Positions 40,769-50,052 of a stretch of 64,000 nucleotides of DNA are shown here, piece after piece. This DNA comes from a virus, in the IMG/VR virus record IMGVR_UViG_3300049215_000171, positions 3,273 through 67,272 of that record. One strand, written 5' to 3'. The notes below the pieces were generated by a model. It saw only the letters and a list, made by a program, of their open reading frames with translations, was not told where the DNA came from and made no database searches. Within the stretch, counting starts at the first letter, position 1. Each line of letters begins with the position of its first letter. Position numbers and translations under genes: made by a program.

Positions 40769-42849
40769 AAACTAAATTACTTATAACAGGAAGTTGTGGT
40801 TTTATAATTTCTAATTTTATTCGTAAAGCAATTTATGACAAAGCCCCATATGATCTAATTAGTATTGATAGAGTATCAAAATCATCATTGCTAAATAATA
40901 TATTCGTAAATAAAAGCCATACATTCTATCTTGCAGACATATGTGATGAGCATATAATAAATAGGATTTTCGAATATGAGAAGCCTGAAATTGTTTTGCA
41001 CGGAGCTGCTTGTAGCTTCGTTGATGATTCATTAAAGAATCCTAATGATTTTATTCGTTCCAATGTTCTTGGAACGCAGATAATAGTAAATGCTTGCGTA
41101 AAATGGGGTGTAAAAAAGCTGGTATATACCTCGACTGACGAAGTTATGGGATCATTGAAATCGCCGAACGATCCGCCTTGGACAGAAGAAGCGGCATTAG
41201 ATCCAAAGAATCCATATTGCTTAGCATCAGATACATTGGTGTTGACTGATAGCGGGCAATGGAAAGAAATAAAAACAATTGTAAAAAATAATAATATAAT
41301 TGGATTTGATTTTCAGCAGAATAAACCAAAACTATCTACGGTAGAAGAATCCCTATTTAAGAATGGTGAAAAGTTATTAGAAATAAAAACAGAATTTGGA
41401 ACATTAAAATGTTCACCAGAACATACACTATTTATACGAAGATATAAAAGACTTGAGTCTGGCAAATTAGACGCCAAACATGCAAAAAAAAATAATACTA
41501 TTCAAGAAATTAAATCTAAGGATCTTGTTGTTGGAGATTTTCTAGCTATGCAAAGACAAGACCCAGAGCCAACCAATTCAACAAAAATAAATCCGATGTT
41601 ATGTAGATTTTTGGGTTATTTTCTTGGTGATGGTAATTGTGGTAGAAATACTAAAAATAAGAATACAATGTACATAAAGCTAGCTGATGAATCAAAAGAA
41701 AGGTTAGAACGTTATTGTGATATTATTAAAATAATAACTAAAGAATTATATGGCAGGGAGGCGCGTCCAAGTTTTTATAAACACAGTACAAAAAATTGCT
41801 GGTACCTTAGTTTTGGATGCCAACCATTAATAGAGCTAATTGAAAAATTAAAATTAAATAATAAATCAAAAGACAAAGTAATTTCTCCTGAAATATTTAA
41901 TTGGTCAAACGATGCCATTTATGAGTTTTTAGCTGGTTATTTTGACGCTGATGGTAACATAACTAATTGTCAAGGATTGACGGCTTCATTTTCTAGTTCT
42001 AGTTTAAAATTATTAAATAATATAAAATTACTATTGCGTCGAGCTGGGGTATTGGCACACGAATCAAATGAATATAATATTATTAAATGGGGAAAAGAAA
42101 GAGTGTATTGGAAGTTAAATATATCAGATTCTAAATCAATGATGATGTTTAAAAAATATATAAAATCAGATAAAAATATATATGAAGTTTTAGCAAAACC
42201 ACAAAGAATGCTGGATGATAATAATTTAGTTGTTGTAAGGGTTCAAGAAATTTTAGTTAAACAAACTGATGATATATTATATGATATATGTGCCCCCGAA
42301 ACTAAAAATTTTATAGCTAACGGGTTTATAGTGCATAACTCGGCTTCCAAAGCATCGGGCGAATTGATAATCAAAGCAGCAAATAATTCGTTCGGGCTTC
42401 CATATGTAATTACTCGTGCCAGCAATAATTACGGCCCAAGACAATCAGAAAAGCTGATTCCAGTAATCATAAAATCAATTATGAATAATCAAAAAATTCC
42501 AGTGTATGGTAATGGCTCATTCCTTCGTGAATGGACTTATGTAGATGATAACTGCGCTGCATTGCTTGCAGTTCTTGGATCAGATAAAATTAATACGATA
42601 TATAACATATCATCAAATCAAGAATATTCTAATATAGAGGTCGTGCAAGAAGTATGCAACTCAATGGGCGGTGGTCATAACCTAATTGAGCATATTACCG
42701 ATCCTCGTGGCAACGGACATGACTTCCGTTATTCCGTGAATTGTGATAAGATCAAAAGTGAATTAAATTGGAAGCCAGAAGTAAAATTCAAAGATGGTAT
42801 TGCCAAGACAGTCCAGTGGTATAAAAATAATCCATACTTCGCAAAATAA
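40765..42849 (+). CDS. rmlB: dTDP-glucose 4,6-dehydratase (RmlB-like), intein-containing
   Basis: LITGSCGFI, SNVLGT, STDEV, NPY/SASK after splicing, SNNYGPRQ.EKLIP, GHDFRY. Confidence 0.88.
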   Translation: MKTKLLITGSCGFIISNFIRKAIYDKAPYDLISIDRVSKSSLLNNIFVNKSHTFYLADICDEHIINRIFEYEKPEIVLHGAACSFVDDSLKNPNDFIRSNVLGTQIIVNACVKWGVKKLVYTSTDEVMGSLKSPNDPPWTEEAALDPKNPYCLASDTLVLTDSGQWKEIKTIVKNNNIIGFDFQQNKPKLSTVEESLFKNGEKLLEIKTEFGTLKCSPEHTLFIRRYKRLESGKLDAKHAKKNNTIQEIKSKDLVVGDFLAMQRQDPEPTNSTKINPMLCRFLGYFLGDGNCGRNTKNKNTMYIKLADESKERLERYCDIIKIITKELYGREARPSFYKHSTKNCWYLSFGCQPLIELIEKLKLNNKSKDKVISPEIFNWSNDAIYEFLAGYFDADGNITNCQGLTASFSSSSLKLLNNIKLLLRRAGVLAHESNEYNIIKWGKERVYWKLNISDSKSMMMFKKYIKSDKNIYEVLAKPQRMLDDNNLVVVRVQEILVKQTDDILYDICAPETKNFIANGFIVHNSASKASGELIIKAANNSFGLPYVITRASNNYGPRQSEKLIPVIIKSIMNNQKIPVYGNGSFLREWTYVDDNCAALLAVLGSDKINTIYNISSNQEYSNIEVVQEVCNSMGGGHNLIEHITDPRGNGHDFRYSVNCDKIKSELNWKPEVKFKDGIAKTVQWYKNNPYFAK
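41218..42339 (+). mobile_element. Intein with LAGLIDADG homing endonuclease (374 aa) in RmlB
   Basis: Starts CLASDTLV; block B CSPEH; LAGLIDADG motifs FLGYFLGDG and FLAGYFDADG; ends NFIANGFIVHN followed by Ser. Confidence 0.92.
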
Positions 42850-42898
42850 AAATAATATTGGTTATGTTGGCGAAAAAGAGTTAAAGAACTAAGTTGTT

Positions 42899-44311
42899 AT
42901 GAGCAGCGGATTCATAAGTGAAAAAGGTAAAATCAAGATGACAGCTCAAACTACAAGACTAAATACGGTAGGAGAAACTATTGTGGATGATATAACAAAT
43001 GAGAAACCGGCTATGGATATAGATCAAGAAAAACTTGCAAGATTAAAAGCAAAATTAGCAGAAAAAACTAAGGATGTCGATATAGTAAAACAAGAGGAAC
43101 CAATGAGTGTAAAACCAGTGAAGAAAGAACGATCAATTAATTTTGGAATAATTGGTTCGGGACAAGCAGGGAGCAAGTTAGCTCAACAATTCCGTGAGTT
43201 TAATTATGATTGCGTTGTTTTAAACACAACACAAAACGATTTGAAATTTATTGATGTGCCCGAAAGCAACAAATTGTTATTGGAATATAATGCTATTGGT
43301 GGGGCAGCTAGAACACTTAGTATTGGTCGAGAGGCAACGGAAGCTAACGCTGATGCAATAAAAGAACTAGTTAGTAAACAGTTAGCAGATGCACAAGTGT
43401 TTGTTTTATGTTCGTCATTGGGTGGCGGTAGCGGAGCAGGCAGTTGCGAGGTATTAGTAAATATTCTAAATGAATTAGGTAAGCCAATTATAATTATTGG
43501 AGTATTACCAATGCATTCAGAAGATCTTAAAGCAAAATCGAATGCTATGGAAACACTTGCGGTACTATCAAAAGATTTACAAAATAAAAAAGTAGCTAAT
43601 ATTATATTGGTAGATAATGCAAGGATAGAATCTATTTATTCTAATGTTGGTCAAATGGATTTTTATTCGGTTGCAAATAAGGCAATTGTTGAACCATTAG
43701 ATATGTTTAATTTATTGTCATCAGCACCATCATCAATTAAAAGTTTAGACAGTATGGAATGGTTAAAGATTTTAATTGACTCATCAGGATATTCTACATA
43801 TGGTTCAATGGAGATCGAAGATTTTAGTTCCGAAACTTCGATAGCAGAAGCTATTATATCAAATATGAATAATAATCTGCTTGCAAGTGGTTTTAATATT
43901 AAAGAAAGCAAATACGTGGGGTTTATTGTTGCAGCAAATAAAACCGTGTGGAAAAGTATTCCGGCCGTTGCTATAAATTATGCTAACGCATTATTAACAG
44001 AACAATGTGGAACACCTGAAATATTCAGGGGTATCTATGAAATAGATGAACCACGAGATGTTGTTAAAATTTACTCATTTTTTTCTGGGCTCGGTATTCC
44101 AGCAGAGCGTACTACACAATTAACCGAAGAAATAAAAAATCTATCAAACGTTGTAAAAGAAAAAGAAACTGCACGTAATCTAAATGTAGCACTCAACACA
44201 GGTAAGAATACCACAATAACTGACGCACAAAAAGTCAAAGATAAAATTGCTGCCAAAACAAGCACATTTGGAAAGTTTCTTGGTGGAAATGTGGTAGATC
44301 GAAGAAAATAA
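42899..44311 (+). CDS. Tubulin/FtsZ-family GTPase (PhuZ/TubZ-like)
   Basis: IIGSGQAGSKLA, signature SLGGGSGAG, ILVDN, T7-loop-like SLDSME, C-terminal helical tail; true start uncertain (42899/42938/43013/43103). Confidence 0.85.
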   Translation: MSSGFISEKGKIKMTAQTTRLNTVGETIVDDITNEKPAMDIDQEKLARLKAKLAEKTKDVDIVKQEEPMSVKPVKKERSINFGIIGSGQAGSKLAQQFREFNYDCVVLNTTQNDLKFIDVPESNKLLLEYNAIGGAARTLSIGREATEANADAIKELVSKQLADAQVFVLCSSLGGGSGAGSCEVLVNILNELGKPIIIIGVLPMHSEDLKAKSNAMETLAVLSKDLQNKKVANIILVDNARIESIYSNVGQMDFYSVANKAIVEPLDMFNLLSSAPSSIKSLDSMEWLKILIDSSGYSTYGSMEIEDFSSETSIAEAIISNMNNNLLASGFNIKESKYVGFIVAANKTVWKSIPAVAINYANALLTEQCGTPEIFRGIYEIDEPRDVVKIYSFFSGLGIPAERTTQLTEEIKNLSNVVKEKETARNLNVALNTGKNTTITDAQKVKDKIAAKTSTFGKFLGGNVVDRRK

Positions 44312-44363
44312 TAAATATAATACCAATGGTAAAGGAAAGTAATAAATTAGTAAAATAAGTAAA

Positions 44364-44801
44364 ATGGGATTGAGAGCATTCAACAATATGTTTTCTATGG
44401 GAGCTCTCGAAATAGAGCTAACTAAAAAACCAAAGCAAATATCAAAAATGTTGCTGAATGTTTCGGCATCACCCAATGCTAAAATCAAATCAATTAAATT
44501 TCGTCCAAATGTATGGAATGATGATTTTGATGATAGTTTTGTAAAACCAACAAAAGAACAACTCGCAAATATTGTTGTTGAAAAACCAACAATAACAGTA
44601 AAAAGCGACGGTGGAACAGTAACATGCGATGCCCCAAATGGTGAATATTTTACTGCTGGTAATCTAATAAAAGTAATTGAAAAAACTGAACGAAAAACAA
44701 GGAAGAATACTGAATGGTTCGGAGGAATAGATGTTCATCATATCTATTTTGAGGGATTACATAAAGAAGGCAAGTATTATACAATTTATTGGGGTAGTTA
44801 A
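44364..44801 (+). CDS. Hypothetical protein
   Basis: 145 aa ORF; C-terminal WFGGIDVHHIYFEGL...WGS; function not recognised. Confidence 0.5.
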   Translation: MGLRAFNNMFSMGALEIELTKKPKQISKMLLNVSASPNAKIKSIKFRPNVWNDDFDDSFVKPTKEQLANIVVEKPTITVKSDGGTVTCDAPNGEYFTAGNLIKVIEKTERKTRKNTEWFGGIDVHHIYFEGLHKEGKYYTIYWGS

Positions 44802-44823
44802 GGAATTAAGGTAGGAGAAATAA

Positions 44824-45921
44824 ATGGCAGATTTAATAAAAGGTATCGACGTCAGTTCAGTCCAATCAGTAGTTTCTTGGCAAGCAGTAGCACAACAGGG
44901 AATTAAATTCAGTATTATGAAATGCGCTGAAGGAAATAAAGGTACCGACACGTTCTATAAGAAAAATATGACTGGCGCACAAGAAGCAGGGCTATATGTT
45001 GCCTCATATCATTTTATATATCCGCTACCACCATTGGCATCACAGCCCGGTCGTGATCCAGTCAAACAAGCACAAATGCATTTTGCAGTAGCGGATAATA
45101 ATAATCCAGTAATGATTGATTGTGAATGGCCTGCCCCACCCGATTTCCAAAAATGGAATTGTACACCAAGTCAAATTAACGATTGGATGTTGCAATATCT
45201 TCAAGAATATGAACGACTTGCAGGCAAAAAGCCCGTTGTCTATACGTATCCTTATTGGGCTAGTGCCGTAAAGTTTTCGCAAGATTTCGCCCAATATCAA
45301 TTATGGATAGCCTCATACGTTCCAACACCGGTTATACCTCATCCTTGGACGGATTGGGTTATGTGGCAAAACACAGGTGGTGGCGGAAAACTCCCTAACG
45401 GGGCACCAGTGGATACTGACCTATGCCGTGATTTAAGTCTATGGGGCGTACAAACCCCTCGAATGACTGGAACGAGCGTTCCTACGGTCAATACGGCTCC
45501 GCAAATGCCACCTCCACCAGTAGGCACACCGCTCAACACAATGCTCGATGTTCAGCGCGCACTAAACCTCCTCGGAGGGGCAGGAACGCCACTATCAGAA
45601 GATGGCAATAATGGGCCAAAAACCATATCAGCCATAGAAGCATTTCAAGCATCACGCGGACTTCCAGTAGATGGTATTCCTAACCCAGCAACAAAGACAG
45701 TATTACAGGGTGCAGTAGCATCAATGGCAACACCAGCAGTAGCATCATTGCCAGTAGTCGTAGCAACTCCAGAACCAATTCATCCAGTAAATCCAGAACC
45801 AAATCCAGATGCAGTCGGTCCTTCACCAGCAAGACCGCCTCATCCTACATTACCGCCCAATTTTTGGAACAATGTTATGAATGTCGTTATGGGATTCCTG
45901 AAGAATGTGTTGCATATATAA
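44824..45921 (+). CDS. Endolysin: GH25 muramidase plus PG-binding domain and Pro-rich tail
   Basis: GIDVSSVQ, IMKCAEG, DCE, LWIASY, WQNTG, VDTD; PG_binding_1-like VQRALN...DGNNGPKT..AIEAFQ..RGLPVDG; AGGAG RBS. Confidence 0.9.
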   Translation: MADLIKGIDVSSVQSVVSWQAVAQQGIKFSIMKCAEGNKGTDTFYKKNMTGAQEAGLYVASYHFIYPLPPLASQPGRDPVKQAQMHFAVADNNNPVMIDCEWPAPPDFQKWNCTPSQINDWMLQYLQEYERLAGKKPVVYTYPYWASAVKFSQDFAQYQLWIASYVPTPVIPHPWTDWVMWQNTGGGGKLPNGAPVDTDLCRDLSLWGVQTPRMTGTSVPTVNTAPQMPPPPVGTPLNTMLDVQRALNLLGGAGTPLSEDGNNGPKTISAIEAFQASRGLPVDGIPNPATKTVLQGAVASMATPAVASLPVVVATPEPIHPVNPEPNPDAVGPSPARPPHPTLPPNFWNNVMNVVMGFLKNVLHI

Positions 45922-46334
45922 TGTATTGTCCACAATGTTCATTTCCGCTTATTGAAACGGAATCAAAAGAAGAGTTGCCATCATCATATAGCGTTCCATA
46001 TGGAACGTTTGTTGGTACGTCAAGTGTTGGTAGTCTTGTGTTTGGTAGTGGCGGAGTAGGAAGTGGCTCCTCAGGCCAATACCTAACTAATCAGGGAACG
46101 GGATGGGTTCCGACATCACCACCATTACAGAAAGTATTCAATTGTCCAAAATGCCATATATCCGTCAAAATAGATGATGATAAGAAATCAAAAGAAAAGA
46201 AAGAATTAATGAGAATAATTGAAGGACTTATGGAACAAAAGAAAAAGTGTGATGATATTGTAGAAGCCTTCAATAATAGATGGGGCGATAATCAAAGTGT
46301 TGAGAAGCTGGAAGCGTTGTTGATATTGAAATAA
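45921..46334 (+). CDS. Hypothetical zinc-ribbon protein (CPQC...CPKC) with Gly/Ser loop
   Basis: ATG 45921 overlaps the endolysin stop (TAATG); ends LEALLILK; track start 45864 less likely. Confidence 0.6.
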   Translation: MYCPQCSFPLIETESKEELPSSYSVPYGTFVGTSSVGSLVFGSGGVGSGSSGQYLTNQGTGWVPTSPPLQKVFNCPKCHISVKIDDDKKSKEKKELMRIIEGLMEQKKKCDDIVEAFNNRWGDNQSVEKLEALLILK

Positions 46335-46585
46335 GAAATCCAATTACGAAATGGTTATATAGTGGAGGTGATTATGATCAATGGGGAAAATTAGTATTCA
46401 CAGCAATAGGATTATATGTATTATTTTTTCCTATAACCGTTCCAATATCAATTTATTATGCATTGACAGAAAAACCATACACACCGCCAGAGCCAATACC
46501 AGAAACCGAGGAACAAAAATTGAAACGCGAAACGTATGCGTATAAATTTAAGTTCCGTAGAAATAATATAAAAAAGAAATCCTGA
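46331..46585 (+). CDS. Unannotated small membrane protein with non-canonical ATA start (or start-loss pseudogene)
   Basis: Open frame (M)RNPITKWLYSGG...LVFTAIGLYVLFFPITVPISIYYAL...RRNNIKKKS fills the gap exactly; ATA overlaps the upstream TAA. Confidence 0.5.
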   Translation: MRNPITKWLYSGGDYDQWGKLVFTAIGLYVLFFPITVPISIYYALTEKPYTPPEPIPETEEQKLKRETYAYKFKFRRNNIKKKS

Positions 46586-46602
46586 TTAAATTTTATAAAA
46601 CT

Positions 46603-46815
46603 GTGGGCAAGAAGAATAGGATAATAAAATCAAATACTAACACTAAATTAGTATCAAAAGATGATGATACACATTATTGTGTTGGCGGAGAGCAACACAA
46701 AGACGGATGCGATTGTCAATGTGATTTTTGCGGTCGAAGACGAGATGAATTAGATAGAATTGAATTTAATAAAAAATTGAGTAAGAGAATTGCAGAAGGA
46801 TACGAGAAGTGGTAA
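46603..46815 (+). CDS. Small Cys-rich hypothetical protein
   Basis: 70 aa; HYC...H..GCDCQCDFC; abuts the helicase start. Confidence 0.45.
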   Translation: MGKKNRIIKSNTNTKLVSKDDDTHYCVGGEQHKDGCDCQCDFCGRRRDELDRIEFNKKLSKRIAEGYEKW

Positions 46816-48282
46816 ATGACAAAACTCCTAGTCAAAGAGAAGTTTTCTAAAATCATTGAAGAAGATGATCCAGATTTCCTAAAACAATTACATAATCACT
46901 TGTCATTTAAGTATGAAGGTGCAGAGTTCAGTCCGCAATTTAAAAGAGGATTTTGGAACGGTCGTGAATATTTAATGAATAAAAAACAAGAGTTCTATTC
47001 AGGATTAGTAAATTATGTAAATGATTTCTATATAAAGAATAACAAGCAATTAGAAATTGTAAATCAAAAATTACTAATAATAGATGCACCAAGCATTGAC
47101 ATATCACATAATCTAAAAAAACTAGATTTAGTTCCATACGACTATCAGTTGAATGCGGTAGAATATAGTTTAGATAAAGACCGTGCAATATATAAACACG
47201 CAACAGGGTCGGGTAAAAGTTTAACGACAGCATTGATTACGGCGAAGTTCGGGAAACCTACACTGGTTATGGTTATATCGAAAGAATTACTGCATCAATT
47301 TCATTCTTTTTTTTCATTATTATTTGATCAAGAAATTGGTATTGTTGGCGATGGTATTTGTCAAATAGGAAATATAACAATAGCATCAGTATGGACATTA
47401 GGTAAAGCATTAGGATTGAAAACAAAAGACATATCATTGGATGATACAATTTCAGATGAGAAGTTCGATGAAAATAATACTAAAAAAATAATTGATTGTA
47501 TGGTGGGTGCTAAAATAGTTCATTTAGATGAAGCCCACGTGGCTAGTGCTAAAACAATTAGAAGTATTTATAAAGTAATACAGCCAGAAAGGTTGTTTGC
47601 GTGGTCGGGTACGCCTAGCCGTGATGATGGATCTAATCTTATTTTGACGGGAATACTTGGTGATAATATACACGAAGTTAAAGCATCAGAATTAATAAAG
47701 CGTGGTATTCTCGCAAAGCCAATGATCAAGTTCATATATATAAAGGGTTATGCAAAATATGATACACCATATCAAACAGTATATAGTGATCATATAGTAA
47801 ATAATGAATATAGAAATAATATACTTGTATCAGAAGCAGAAAAATTGATAGATAAAGGATATCAGGTATTAGTATTATATAAGGTATTAAATCACGGAAA
47901 GATTTTGCTGAAATTATTTGAGAATAAAGGCATTGACACCGAGTTCCTTAGTGGTAAAGATTCAACGAAGAAGCGAGCGGAAGTTAAGGAAAATTTACTT
48001 AGCGGTAAATCGAAATGTGTTGTAGCCAGTATGATTTACGATATCGGTATTAATATAGAAACATTGAGTGCATTAGTATTGGCTGGGTCAGGTAAAAGCA
48101 GTGTGAAAACATTGCAGAGAATTGGAAGAGTTTTGAGAGATGGTAAAAATAAACCTTATGTGGCGATTGTCGAAACGATGGACGACATTCGATACCTGAA
48201 AAAACATTCGCTAATTAGAAAAAGTATTTATGAAACGGAAGAAGAGTTTGTAATTAAATTTCCAGAATTGAAAAAGAAATGA
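46816..48282 (+). CDS. Superfamily 2 DNA helicase (UvsW-like)
   Basis: PYDYQ, HATGSGKS, DEAH, SGTP, GINI, QRIGRVLR. Confidence 0.9.
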   Translation: MTKLLVKEKFSKIIEEDDPDFLKQLHNHLSFKYEGAEFSPQFKRGFWNGREYLMNKKQEFYSGLVNYVNDFYIKNNKQLEIVNQKLLIIDAPSIDISHNLKKLDLVPYDYQLNAVEYSLDKDRAIYKHATGSGKSLTTALITAKFGKPTLVMVISKELLHQFHSFFSLLFDQEIGIVGDGICQIGNITIASVWTLGKALGLKTKDISLDDTISDEKFDENNTKKIIDCMVGAKIVHLDEAHVASAKTIRSIYKVIQPERLFAWSGTPSRDDGSNLILTGILGDNIHEVKASELIKRGILAKPMIKFIYIKGYAKYDTPYQTVYSDHIVNNEYRNNILVSEAEKLIDKGYQVLVLYKVLNHGKILLKLFENKGIDTEFLSGKDSTKKRAEVKENLLSGKSKCVVASMIYDIGINIETLSALVLAGSGKSSVKTLQRIGRVLRDGKNKPYVAIVETMDDIRYLKKHSLIRKSIYETEEEFVIKFPELKKK

Positions 48283-48848
48283 AAAGTAAATCTATGGAAA
48301 CACAACAAGATAACGAAATTAGTCCAGCATATACAAAGTTTTTTGCTAAATTTAATGAGCACGAAACACTCGATATATCAAAGTGGAGTCTAATCGATCT
48401 GCTTGCATATTTTTGTAAAAAATATGAAAACCACTATGGCGTGAAATATACATTTCGTTTCAATAATAATGCTCCTAGCAAATCATATGAAATGTATCGT
48501 ATGAAAAGCCTTGCACAAATGATAACATCAGATGTGGCAGTATTGAAAAATTACATAGATTGGCTATTTGAGACAGAAGTAATTGCAAGAAAGAAACGAA
48601 TAACGGCGTTGGGATTTATTACCAATATTGAGTTAGTGAATAAATTTAAATTTATGAAACCAAATGATAATATTGATCGTTCAACGTTATTGCCGGCAAA
48701 TTATATGAATATAATTAAGTCATTCAACGCGCCAATTAGTAATTATGGCGACCTTGCACTTATTAAAGATAGTGAAGACTATGGTGAGATGATGAGAGCG
48801 TTGGTTGTGGCGGGATTTGATGTGAAAATATTAGATAAAGTAAAATAA
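48279..48848 (+). CDS. Hypothetical protein (replication cluster)
   Basis: 189 aa ORF with ATGA overlap on the helicase stop. Confidence 0.55.
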   Translation: MKSKSMETQQDNEISPAYTKFFAKFNEHETLDISKWSLIDLLAYFCKKYENHYGVKYTFRFNNNAPSKSYEMYRMKSLAQMITSDVAVLKNYIDWLFETEVIARKKRITALGFITNIELVNKFKFMKPNDNIDRSTLLPANYMNIIKSFNAPISNYGDLALIKDSEDYGEMMRALVVAGFDVKILDKVK

Positions 48849-49147
48849 TGTTCATAAAAGATGATATGTCATTCATTTTTAATGAGGCTGGAGGAATGCT
48901 TGTAAAGCATCAATTATATGATACTGATTTTAGTTAGGAGATCGTAATTTATTCACTGCATCAATATTATGAATGGACAGAAAAATATCTAGATAGATTT
49001 ATTGCCATATATGAATTGAAGGGAATAGAGGTTATTCCAAATCTAATTAAATATATGATGCAGGAGATGATGATTGTTGATAAAAGTGAATATGTAAAGT
49101 ATGTGATGGAAAAATATCCGATGAGGAAGTGGTTGGTGTTGATATGA
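48848..49147 (+). pseudogene. 99-codon ORF with one in-frame TAG (48935-48937)
   Basis: MFIKDD...YDTDFS*EIVIYSLHQYY...KYPMRKWLVLI; ATG overlaps the upstream TAA; missed by the ORF track. Confidence 0.6.
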
Positions 49148-49185
49148 GTGATGTAGGCATAATTTTAAATTAGAATGAGTGAATT

Positions 49186-50052
49186 ATGATTGATATTGAT
49201 TTAATGATGGATATGCGTAATCTTTTACAAGATGGTTGGGATTCTCTGGTAAAGGAGCCTGATTTTTTAAATCATATTAAAAGTAGCGCAAAAAAAGATA
49301 AGGGACATAGTTTGTCGCCACTCGCACAAGAAAAAACAACCAATATGTTGCGGAATAAATATCAAGTAGCCGTTCAAACTAAAGACGGAGAAGAGAGTGA
49401 GCGGTCTATGGGTGACTTTTGGGTTAAACCACCAAATTGTTCAACTTACATTCCAATGAATAATAAGTTTACTTTTATAAAAGATCTTTCGCAAAATAAA
49501 ATTGATAAAATCAATAAAAAAGTTGAAGAAAAGTTGGCACAAGCCAAGACAGATAAAGCAAAATATAAAATAATAACAAAGAAAGATCAAGATATAGAAA
49601 AAGCCAAAATATTAAAATATAATGGACAACCCAATTTAGTTTCTGCTAATAGATTATTAAAAGCGATGATTGATAATGAAATTAATTCATATTATTTGGT
49701 TATTGAAAGTTTGGTTGATAATGGGTTTGGTATATCTGTTTCTGTATATTTGGCTGATTTATTAGATTTATTAATGATGGGATATATTACATTTGATGCG
49801 GGACCAGGACAACTTATGTTGAAAAGTGCCAAGTTTTACGATTTTATGCACAATGAAATAAAATTTAAGATATTTCCAATATCACAAAAAAATATAAATG
49901 ATAAAATATGGTGCTTATATGAATTGATGAGAACAAAAACCACAGATTTAATAGAAAATAGAACTAAATCAATAGAGCAACTTAAATTTGACGTTTCTCG
50001 TTATCAAAAAAAACCATTAGAACAATCAAGGCTGGAAATAAAACCACTATGA
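49186..50052 (+). CDS. Putative restriction endonuclease (PD-(D/E)xK-like)
   Basis: Overlaps (ATGA) the methylase; RSMGDFWV...PMNNK resembles a divergent catalytic core; called mainly from context. Confidence 0.4.
   Translation: MIDIDLMMDMRNLLQDGWDSLVKEPDFLNHIKSSAKKDKGHSLSPLAQEKTTNMLRNKYQVAVQTKDGEESERSMGDFWVKPPNCSTYIPMNNKFTFIKDLSQNKIDKINKKVEEKLAQAKTDKAKYKIITKKDQDIEKAKILKYNGQPNLVSANRLLKAMIDNEINSYYLVIESLVDNGFGISVSVYLADLLDLLMMGYITFDAGPGQLMLKSAKFYDFMHNEIKFKIFPISQKNINDKIWCLYELMRTKTTDLIENRTKSIEQLKFDVSRYQKKPLEQSRLEIKPL

Noticed and set aside
42899-44311. Calling this a nucleus-forming (phiKZ-like) phage, or the gene host ftsZ
   Set aside because: No chimallin or phage RNAP subunits are recognisable in the window, and the protein lacks the dcw context and NxDFAD loop of bacterial FtsZ.
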